Assembly (NCBI GenBank): GCA_032718475.1
Contig: JAUCBJ010005854.1
Location: 1-64,000, forward strand
Direction: 5' to 3'
DNA: 64,000 nucleotides
Source: Nemertoderma westbladi
Taxonomy: Eukaryota; Animalia; Xenacoelomorpha
Part shown: one piece after another, positions 10,401-22,400 of the stretch
How positions within the stretch are numbered: position 1 is the first letter of the stretch
Layout: the number at the start of each line of letters is the position of its first letter
Program-made: the position numbers and the translations under genes
The notes under the pieces: model-generated
Databases searched by the model: none
What the model saw: only the letters and a program-made list of their open reading frames with translations
Told to the model about the DNA's origin: nothing

Positions 10401-13400
10401 AACTCCCGCCAGTAGTGCCGTAACTAACTCCCGCCAGTAAGTGCCGTAACAACTCCCGCCAGTAAGTGCCGTGACAACTCCAGCCAGTAAGTGCCGTAAC
10501 AACACCCGCCAGTAAGTGCCGTAACAACTCCCGCCAGTAAGTGCCGTAACAACTCCCGCCAGTAAGTGCCGTGACAACTCCCGCCTGTAAGTGCCGTGAC
10601 AACTCCAGCCAGTAAGTGCCGTAACAACACCCGCCAGTAAGTGCCGTAACAACTCCCGCCAGTAAGTGCCGTGACAACTCCCGCCAGTAAGTGCCGTAAC
10701 AATTCCCGCCAGTAAGTGCCGTGACAACTCCCGCCAGTATTGCCGTGACAACTCAAGCCAGTAGCGCCGTGACAACTCCCGCCAGTAGTGCCGTAACAAC
10801 TCCCGCCAGTAGTGCGTAACAACTTAAGCCAGTAGCGCCGTAACAACTCCCGCCAGTAAGTGCCGTAACAACTCCCGCCAGTAAGTGCCGTAACAACTCC
10901 CGCCAGTAAGTGCCGTAACAACTCCCGCCAGTAAGTGCCGTGACAACTCCCGCCAGTAAGTGCGTAACAATTCCCGCCAGTAAGTGCCGTGACAACTCCA
11001 GCCAGTAAGTGCCGTAACAACTCCCGCCAGTAAGTGCCGTGACAACTCCCGCCAGTAGTGCCGTGACAACTCCCGCCAGTAGTGCCGTGACAACTCCAGC
11101 CATAGTACTGCCGTGACAACTGCCACCAGTAAGTGCCGGGACAACTCAAGCCAGTAGTGCCGTGACAACTCCCGCCAGTAGTGCCGTGACAACTCAAGCC
11201 AGTAGCGCCGTGACAACTCCCGCCAGTAGTGCCGTGACAACTCCCGCCAGTAGTGCCGTGACAACTCCAGCCATAGTAGTGCCGTGACAACTCCCGCCAG
11301 TAAGTGACGTGACAACTCCCCTCAGAGTGCCGTGACAACTCCCCTCAGAGTGCCGTGACAACTCCCGCCAGTAGTGCCGTGACAACTCCAGCCATAGTAG
11401 TACCGTGACAACTCCGGCCATAGTAGTGCCGTGACAACTCCCGCCAGTAAGTGACGTGACAACTCCCCTCAGAGTGCCGTGACAACTCCCCTCAGAGTGC
11501 CGTGACAACTCCCGCCAGTAAGTGACGTGACAACTCCCCTCAGAGTGCCGTGACAACTCCCGCCAGTAGTGCCGTGACAACTCCAGCCATAGTAGTGCCG
11601 TGACAACTCCCGCCAGTAAATGACGTGACAACTCCCCTCAGAGTGCCGTGACAACTCCCGCCAGTAGTGCCGTGACAACTCCCGCCAGTAAGTGCCGTGA
11701 CAACACCCGCCAGTAGTGCCATGAGAACTCCCGCCAGTAAGTGACGTGACAACTCCCCTCAGTAGTGCCGTGAAAACTCCCGCCAGTAGTGCCGTGACAA
11801 CTCCCGCCAGTAAGTGCCGTGACAACACCCGCCAGTAGTGCCGTGACAACTCCCGCCAGTAGTGCCGTGACAACTCCCGCCAGTAGTGCCGTGACAACTC
11901 CAGCCAGTACTTTCACAATAAGTAACTGTTGGTAATTTTTTATATTCAGTTGAGTGGGGTTATTTACCAAAGTTGAAACAACGGTAGTTAGAAATGTTAC
12001 ACGTACGTAGTGATTTTACGTGTCTTGGGAACTAACCTCTTAAATACCCCAACAATCCTTTGAACAGTACGACATTGGGCAATGTTGTGGCGCCGTGGTA
12101 TAAACGTATCGCTAGGCATGTTAACCTTGGCGCAATGGTCCAAAGTTAACGTCGCGAAAAGTTTCAATATAGTATCATCATTCTGGAATAAAAGAAGAAA
12201 CATATAATTTTACAATCGTAAACAGAGGTTTAAGTAAATAAACGATGGAAAGGAGCATGTTACAGTGGCACGTTATTCTAACAAAAACAATTAACGAAAG
12301 TCAGTTATTCTTATCTGCGCATCACACTAGGATTAGTTAGGCCTTTACATAACTACACGAAATTAATATTAAATTATTTAGACACGTAATGATATTTATT
12401 TGGAGTAGATTTATTATACATACCGCCTCTCCCGGCTGATCGTCTCGCCAGAACTCCAGCTCAACGTGGTGCCATTCGCCATCGTCCAGACTGTTCGTAG
12501 ACGACTTGGCCATAGTTATAACCGTAGTAAAGGCTCCCAGATTCACGAAGGCCTTCAGTTCAGCGTTGACCAACTCAAAGGCAACGAAATCTCTGGGTTC
12601 TTCGACGTGTTCGTGCATTTTACTCGTGCCATCTGTTCGTATCGCACCATCTGTTCATGCGAATAAAGGGGAAAAATTTAAATCTAAAATATGCTGAGTG
12701 GACACATAAAATGATACCGGATTTCACTAAACAACAGAAAAAATTTACATTTACACAATATTTCGACTTGCCGTTAGGGTCGTGACTGGGACCGCTGTAC
12801 ATAAGCAAGGCATCGGCGTCGTTCGTAGCGAAATCGAAAGATATCCTCGAGTTTTCAGCGTGGGATCCGCACGGGTTGATGGATGGGAACAAGGCGAATC
12901 CGCCCCGGTCGAATGTTCGGATAATAACCTCGCAGTTCGGGCCGAATTCAACCGGGTTACCGTCCTCCAGGCTCTCGGGACATACGCACCTAGAAATATA
13001 CAGCCACACAGTAGTAGAGCCTATAGCCTCAAGAAATACAGCCACACACAGTACAGCATAGACATAGAAAAATACAGCCACACACAGTACAGAATAGACA
13101 TAGAAAAATACAGCCACACACAGTACAGCATAGACATAGAAAAATACAGCCACACACAGTACAGAATAGACATAGAAAAATACAGCCACACACAGTACAG
13201 CATAGACATAGAAAAATACAGCCACACACAGTACAGAATAGACATAGAAAAATACAGCCACACACAGTACAGCATAGACATAGAAATATACAGCCACACA
13301 GTAGTAGGGCCTATAGCCTCAAGAAATACAGCCACACACAGTACAGCATAGACATAGAAATATACAGCCACACAGTAGTAGGGCCTATAGCCTCAAGAAA

Positions 13401-16400
13401 TACAGCCACACACAGTACAGCATAGACATAGAAAAATACAGCCACACACAGTACAGCATAGACATAGAAAAATACAGCCACACACAGTACAGCATAGACA
13501 TAGAAAAATACAGCCACACAGTAGTAGGGCCTATAGCCTCAAGAAATACAGCCACACACAGTACAGCATAGACATAGAAAAATACAGCCACACACAGTAC
13601 AGAATAGACATAGAAAAATACAGCCACACACAGTACAGCATAGACATAGAAAAATACAGCCACACAGTACAGAACCTATAAATATACAGCCACTGAGACA
13701 GTATAGCCTTAGAAATACAGCCACACACAGTACAGCATAGACATAGAAATATACAGCCACACAGACAATACAGCCTTAGAAATACAGCCACACACAGTAC
13801 AGCATAGACATAGAAAAATACAGCCACACACAGTACAGCCTTAGAAATACAGCCACACACAGTACAGCATAGACATAGAAATATACAGCCACACAGACAG
13901 TACAGCCTTAGAAATACAGCCACACACAGTACAGCATAGACATAGAAAAATACAGCCACACACAGTACAGCATAGACATAGAAAAATTCAGCCACACACA
14001 GTACAGCATAGACATAGAAAAATACAGCCACACACAGTACAGCATAGACATAGAAAAATACAGCTACACACAGTACAGCATAGACATAGAAATATACAGC
14101 CACACACAGTACAGCATAGACATAGAAATATACAGCCACACAGTACAGAGCCTATAAATATACAGCCACTGAGACTGTACAGCCTTAGAAATACAGCCAC
14201 TCAGACAGTACAGCCTTAGAAATACAGCCACACACAGTACAGCATAGACATAGAAATATACAGCCACACACAGTACAGCATAGACATAGAAAAATACAGC
14301 CACACACAGTACAGCATAGACATAGAAAAATACAGCCACACACAGTACAGCATAGACATAGAAATATACAGCCACACAGTACAGAGCCTATAAATATACA
14401 GCCACTGAGACTGTACAGCCTTAGAAATACAGCCACTCAGACAGTACAGCCTTAGAAATACAGCCACACACAGTACAGCATAGACATAGAAATATACAGC
14501 CACACAGTACAGAACCTATAAATATACAGCCACTGAGACAGTACAGCCTTAGAAATACAGCCACTCAGACAGTACAGCCTTAGAAATACAGCCACACACA
14601 GTACAGCATAGACATAGAAAAATACAGCCACACAGTACAGAACCTATAAATATACAGCCACTGAGACAGTACAGCCTTAGAAATACAGCCACTCAGACAG
14701 TACAGCCTTAGAAATACAGCCACACACTCCAGCACCTAGAAATACAGCCACACACTCCAGCACCTAGAAATACAGCCACACACAGTACAGCATAGACATA
14801 GAAAAATACAGCCACACAGTACAGAACCTATAAATATACAGCCACTGAGACAGTACAGCCTTAGAAATACAGCCACTCAGACAGTACAGGCTTAGAAACA
14901 CAGCCACACACGCCAGCATCTAGAAATACAGCCACACACTCCAGCACCTAGAAATACAGCCACACACAGTACAGCATAGACATAGAAATATACAGCCACA
15001 CAGTACAGAACCTATAAATATACAGCCACTGAGACAGTACAGCCTTAGAAATACAGCCACTCAGACAGTACAGGCTTAGAAACACAGCCACACACGCCAG
15101 CATCTAGAAATACAGCCACACACTCCAGCACCTAGAAATACAGCCACACACAGTACAGCATAGACATAGAAAAATACAGCCACACACTCCAGCACCTAGA
15201 AATACAGCCACACACAGTACAGCATAGACATAGAAAAATACAGCCACACAGTACAGAACCTATAAATATACAGCCACTGAGACAGTACAGCCTTAGAAAT
15301 ACAGCCACTCAGACAGTACAGCCTTAGAAATACAGCCACACACAGTACAGCATAGACATAGAAAAATACAGCCACACAGTACAGAACCTATATATATACA
15401 GCCACTGAGACAGTACATCCTTAGAAATACAGCCACTCAGACAGTACAGCCTTAGAAAAACAGCCACACACTCCAGCACCTAGAAATACAGCCGCACACT
15501 CCAGCACCTAGAAATACAGCCACACACAGTACAGCATAAGCAAGCAAAAGCAAAGCAAACAGTCGGCCGAAGCCGGAGCGGAGGCGACCCGAAGGCTCCT
15601 CTTTCGATAGCTGCTACCCGAGGGTAGGGGTGGTCGCTACTCCTATCCCAAGATTTGCTCCCAGTTATTTAACTGGTACTCATTTAGTACAGCATAGACA
15701 TAGAAAAATACAGCCACACAGTACAGAACCTATAAATATACAGCAACTGAGACAGTACAGCCTTAGAAATACAGCCACTCAGACAGTACAGCCTTAGAAA
15801 TACAGCCACACACTCCAGCACCTAGAAATACAGCCACACACTCCAGCACCTAGAAATACAGCGACACACAGTACAGCATAGCCATAGAAAAATACAGCCA
15901 CACAGTACAGAACCTATAAATATACAGCCACTGAGACAGTACAGCCTTAGAAATACAGCCACTCAGACAGTACAGCCTTAGAAATACAGCCACACACTCC
16001 AGCACCTAGAAATGCAGCCACACACTCCAGCACCTAGAAATACAGCCACACACAGTACAGCATAGACATAGAAATATACAGCCACACAGTACAGAACCTA
16101 TAAATATACAGCCACTCAGACAGTACAGCCTTAGAAATACAGCCACTCAGACAGTACAGCCTTAGAAATACAGCCACACACTCCAGCACCTAGAAATACA
16201 GCCACACACTCCAGCACCTAGAAATACTGCCACACAGTACAGTACCTAGAAATATACAGCCACACAGTACAACAGCACCTAGAAATACAGCCACACACTC
16301 CAGCACCTAGAAATACAGCCACACAGTACAGCACCTAGAAATATACAGCCACACAGTACAACACCTAGAAATACAGCCACACACTCCAACAGCACCTAGA

Positions 16401-19400
16401 AATACAGCCGCACAGTACAACAGCACCTAGAAATACAGCCACACAGTACAACAGCACCTAGAAATACAGCGACACACTCCAGCACCTAGAAATTCAGCCA
16501 CACAGTACGAGTACAGCACCTAGAAATACAGCCACACAGTACAGCACCAAGAAATACAACCACACAGTACAACAACACCTAGAAATACAACCACACAGTA
16601 CAGCAGCACCTAGAAATACAACCACACAGTACAACAGCACCTAGAAATACAGCCACACAGTACAACAGCACCTAGAAATACAGCCACACAGTACAGTACC
16701 TAGAAATACAGCCACACAGTACAACAGCACCTAGAAATACAGCCGCACAGTACAACAGCACCTAGAAATACAGCCACATAGTACAACAGCACCTAGAAAT
16801 ACAGCGACACACTCCAGCACCTAGAAATACAGCCACACAGTACAGCACCTAGAAATATACAGCCACACAGTACAACACCTAGAAATACAGCCACACACTC
16901 CAACAGCACCTAGAAATACAGCCGCACAGTACAACAGCACCTAGAAATACAGCCACACAGTACAACAGCACCTAGAAATACAGCGACACACTCCAGCACC
17001 TAGAAATTCAGCCACACAGTACGAGTACAGCACCTAGAAATACAGCCACACAGTACAGCACCAAGAAATACAACCACACAGTACAACAACACCTAGAAAT
17101 ACAACCACACAGTACAGCAGCACCTAGAAATACAACCACACAGTACAACAGCACCTAAAAATACAGCCACACAGTACAACAGCACCTAGAAATACAGCCA
17201 CACAGTACAGCACCTAGAAATACAGCCACACAGTACAACAGCACCTAGAAATACAGCCGCACAGTACAACAGCACCTAGAAATACAGCCACATAGTACAA
17301 CAGCACCTAGAAATACAGCGACACACTCCAGCACCTAGAAATTCAGCCACACAGTACGAGTACAGCACCTAGAAATACAGCCACACAGTACAGCACCAAG
17401 AAATACAACCACACAGTACAACAGCACCTAGAAATACAACCAAACAGTACAACAGCACCTATAAATACAGCCACACAGTGCAACAGCACCTAGAAATACA
17501 GCGACACACTCCAGCACCTAGAAATACAGCCACACAGCACAGCCTTAGAAATACGGCCACACAGTACAGCACCTAGAATTACAGCCACACAGTACAACAG
17601 CACCTAGAAATACTGCCACACAGTACAACAGCACCTAGAAATACAGCCACACAGTACAACAGCACCTAGAAATACAGCCACACAGTACAGCACCTAGAAA
17701 TACAGCCTCACAGTACAACAGCACCTAGAAATACAGCCACACAGTACAACAGCACCTAGAAATACAGCCACACAGTACAACAGCACCTAGAAATACTGCC
17801 ACACAGTACAACAGCACCTAGAAATACAGCCACACAGTACAGCACCTAGAAATACAGCCTCACAGTACAACAGCACCTAGAAATACAGCCACACAGTACA
17901 ACAGCACCTAGAAATACAGCCACACAGTACAACAGCACCTAGAAATACTGCCACACAGTACAACAGCACCTAGAAATACAGCCACACAGTACAACAGCAC
18001 CTAGAAATACTGCCACACAGTACAACAGCACCTAGAAATACAGCCACACAGTACAACAGCACCTAGAAATACAGCCACACAGTACAGCACCTAGAAATAC
18101 AGCCTCACAGTACAACAGCACCTAGAAATACAGCCACACAGTACAACAGCACCTAGAAATACAGCCACATAGTACAGCACCTAGAAATACAGCCTCACAG
18201 TACAACAGCACCTAGAAATACAGCCACACAGTACAACAGCACCTAGAAATACAGCCACATAGTACAGCACCAAGAAATACAGCCACACAGTACAGCACCT
18301 TGTAATACGGCCAATAACCAGGGCACCTAATAACTAAAATAAACAAAATATTTAAATATCTTCAAAAATAAATTTGAGGCCAAATTACCTGTAACCATCG
18401 TATGTGTCCTCGCATGTTCCACCATTTTTGCAAAATGGTCCTTGTGAGCATTTGGGTCGGTGAGGGGGGGTATTGAAATCGAGGGCAGCACAACGGCATT
18501 CCGCTTCAAACCAGGTAAAAATTCCAACCAACCTGAACAGTCACAATAATTCAAACGTTGAAATTGATAAATAAGTATTTCATTGAATTTTTAAGTTACA
18601 TTTAAAATCATTTTCGTACACAGCGTAACAATAATGAGACCCGGGATAAAACTGCAGTGATGTAGGTAAAACGATAATCGAATTAAGTGTAAAAAAAACA
18701 TAAAACCAACCAGGTTTAACGGTGCCATACAACTGGAATTCCTTGCAGAGACCAAATCGACTATATTCATTACTCATAATGCTTTATGTAAATTGGATTC
18801 AAAAAGGGAACGGATGATGAAATAAGTAAAAAATAAAAAACTAACGTTTTGGCTCCCGAATCGACGACTTGCGGACTTTCAACATTGATATTTTGTTTGT
18901 TGTAACAACTCTTATCTTTGCATGTCTGTTCTTTAACGCATTTATTGATGTTAATCGTATCAATAGATAGACCGACTTCATTTTGGACCTAAGATGTTTA
19001 TTAATTGTGGAGATGATTAGTTTGGCGAATAAGTGTCACGCGCGTGTCATTCATTAATTAATGGGGTTTTAACGAATTTATAATTTATCTTGTATACTAA
19101 ATCACCGATAACTAAAGTAGCAGATCAATAAAGTAACCGAAAAATAAAGTCACATAAGTATTATAGGAAAGTAACCGATCGGTGAAATATAGCCGAAAAA
19201 TATAGTTATAAATTAGAGATAAATATCGTAGAAAAAAGTTGATTAAGTTGAGATTAAATATTTATACTTTGAAAAACATAGTAACCGATAAATATTGTAA
19301 GCAATCAAATAAAGTAACTGATCAATAAAGTAATCGATCTATAAAGTGAGCGATCTATAAAGTAACTGATCAATAAAGTAAGCGATCTATAAAGTGAGCC

Positions 19401-22400
19401 ATCTATAAAGTAACTGATCTATAAAGTAAGCGATCTATAAAGTAAGCGATCTATAAAGTAAGCGATCTATAAAGTAAGCGATCTATAAAGTGAGCCATCT
19501 ATAAAGTAACTGATCAATAAAGTAATCGATCTATAAAGTGAGCGATCTATAAAGTAACTGATCAATAAAGTAAGCGATCTATAAAGTGAGCCATCTATAA
19601 AGTAACTGATCAATAAAGTAAGCGATCTATAAAGTAAGCGATCTATAAAGTAAGCGATCTATAAAGTAAGCGATCTATAAAGTAAGCGATCTATAAAGTA
19701 AGCGATCTATAAAGTAACTGATAAATAAAGTAAGTTTTTGGTTTCCGAAAAAAAGAATCCGACCAAAAGTAAATATAAAAACTCAGTGCCGCAAAATAAA
19801 TAACCATACAATCCTGTTGTAACTATATAATTTATTATAATGTTAATGTAGAGTCATCAATTAAGTATTAGTTTAAGGGTGAGGCAACAATGAAATTAGA
19901 AAATTAATAGAAAACACAATGATGGAGCCATTAAGAAGACATGGAATCCACGTTTTTTCCTCTATAACAATGGCTTCGAGGAAAAAAATGATTTCATATG
20001 TTCTTTTAGATGCTCCTTACAACCAGTGCAAACAGGAGTAATTACAGTACATAAATAGTCGGCAATTAAATTGAGTTAAATTAAATATGTAAATATCAGA
20101 AAAATAGGAGTAAAACCATGCAAGCGAAATATGATAGGAAAACGGAGATCATGAAATAAATGGTTTTGCGGGGTGCAAGATGGTAGGCCCTATAATCATG
20201 CAGCCAACAACTTGAGCAACAAAATATCGATAATACTGAAACACCTAACACCATCCTGCATGCAATGACAGTTCGGAAGTCATCGGAAATCATCACGAAG
20301 ACAAGGTGATCGAGTAACAACAGTCCATGTTACGTTAAACTAACTATATTTGGTAACGAAGAAATCATTGTGACTGAGTCTTCTAAGATAGGTAACATGC
20401 AACAGTCGTTTCGCTCTCATCAGCCATGCAAAAGGTACTGCATTACCAATAGATCTTCTGCGCTGCACATCATTTTGTAGAATGTCATCATTTTATTAAT
20501 AAATTGCAAACGGCAATAGTTTGCTTACAGTTTACCGCCCACCAACACAATATATTCACAGAACAACAAATAAGCAACTCGGCGCTTTCAACCAATCAAT
20601 ATTGGGGACTCTTTAACCCATAGCCCACATTGGACCAATCAACGCAAGGAACAGTTTGCTGCAGACTTTATAAGGCATTGAAATATCACCAACCAATCAG
20701 CGGTTTAGCATTTGGTTATTTGTGTGTTTGTTACCATGGTAATGCAGCACTAACCTCGGCCCATCGGGTCTCCAACATTCCCATAAGTCCTACCTCAACC
20801 CGATTCTGGTAAATTTTACCATTAAGAACCGACGAATCATAATAGGGCGAGCCGTGGGCAGCAAAATAAACGTCGACGTAACTCGGCTTAACTGGTCCTC
20901 TTGGCGTGTAATAGGAAACAACTTCTTGACTATTATCCAATTGGACATCCTGAACAAAACGAATATTTAATTATGTTAAATTTTACTTACTATTCACTCC
21001 CTAAGACTATTTGATCACATTACCGCGGTGGTTTCGCGAATTGAAGATTAACATTATCCATTTCAAACTATTATGATTTTTAAATTAGCATGTAAAATAT
21101 TTACCGTTAAACATTGTAGATGGCTTTATAGACGCCAAACTAACACGCCCAACTCACTGTATGAGATACCAACCTGCACTGAGAATATATCGACGTTGTT
21201 CACATCGGTGTCGAGGTACCTCGATAACAGAAGCCGCAATCTGTCGTAGTAACTATCTCCTCCCATCCCGGTAGAGATAAAGTCCGCTGCGGTTACGCCT
21301 AGAAGACAAATAATGTGTGTTCATTAGAAATCGAAACTATTTTCATATGCGTTAAATTTTGGAGATGTAAGGCTGATGATATATTATCAACCGAATACGA
21401 CGATAATAAAAACTGTTCCTCGAAATTAACTGATCGCCTCTCAGTTGCTCCTCAGTCTCAAACGGGCGGATATTCTATATGTTCAACACATCCCGAATTA
21501 AATTACAGTAAATGTGACATGGAAACAGAATGACTAACGGCATATTGAACCGAAACTAATAGAGTAAGTTCAACTCACCACTAAAGCGAATAGTTCCTGC
21601 GTTGTATACGGCGTCGTCACCCAGTTCAACGACCCGCAGTACAACGGTAGAAGTGGCAGAACCAAATTGGGCGTCAGTTACGGAAACTCCGAATGTATAA
21701 TCACCGGGAGGGACACTCCAATCCTTAATAACTATTTTACCTGGAAATATAAAGGGAAATATGGAGGTAAATAAGATAAATCCTGATTTAAACTAAAGCG
21801 ATCTGGTCCTAAAAATATGCATAAAATAAAAGTTGAAAACAAAACCTTATATTATTATAATTTTATCAGGAATAAGTTAAAGATGAAAAGGGGAAATTAG
21901 AAGGAGTCGTTCTTATTTACATTTACAAAGGAAACATCTAATAAGAATAGCGGTAAGAATGTTTAAGCAACAAACAAACCTGTAGTGAGAACCCTAAAGT
22001 ATTTGGAAACGGTTTCGTTGTTGGAAGTATCCATTTCATAGGTAAAGTCAGACAGTTTCGCGTCATCCAAATCCTCGACAAATACTCCGCCGATAGATGT
22101 TTGCGCTGAAACAAATAATAAAATAATCGTATAACTGTATCGTTGGACCATTAAACGAAATGACGGTACACTGTTCTGTTACGGAGCCCCTAAGGGGACA
22201 TCCCTATCTCAATATATTGAGATAAACCGAATTTTGTTTTGTTGTGTTCTGCGATAAACTCACCTACTCCCGCATAACAGATGTCGCATGTTCGTCTACA
22301 CGAACTTCTTCTGTTGTCATCGTTACCAGCACTACAGAATCCTCTCTGCTTCCAGTACGCGCATTTGGTATCCTTGTCAACGCAATCTAAACGAAAAATT

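Noticed and set aside
9744-11970. Minus-strand ORFs with LLAGVVTALTGGSC repeats
   Set aside because: Translations of a 24-25 bp satellite; the same peptide cycles through all frames.
13021-14503. Hydrophobic AVFFYVYAVLCV repeat ORFs
   Set aside because: Satellite translations; only the non-repetitive exon 12772-12989 is coding.
18327-18554. ORF-track peptide MNYCDCSGWLEF...
   Set aside because: Wrong frame; the real exon (18389-18532) reads LVGIFTWFEAECRC in another frame.
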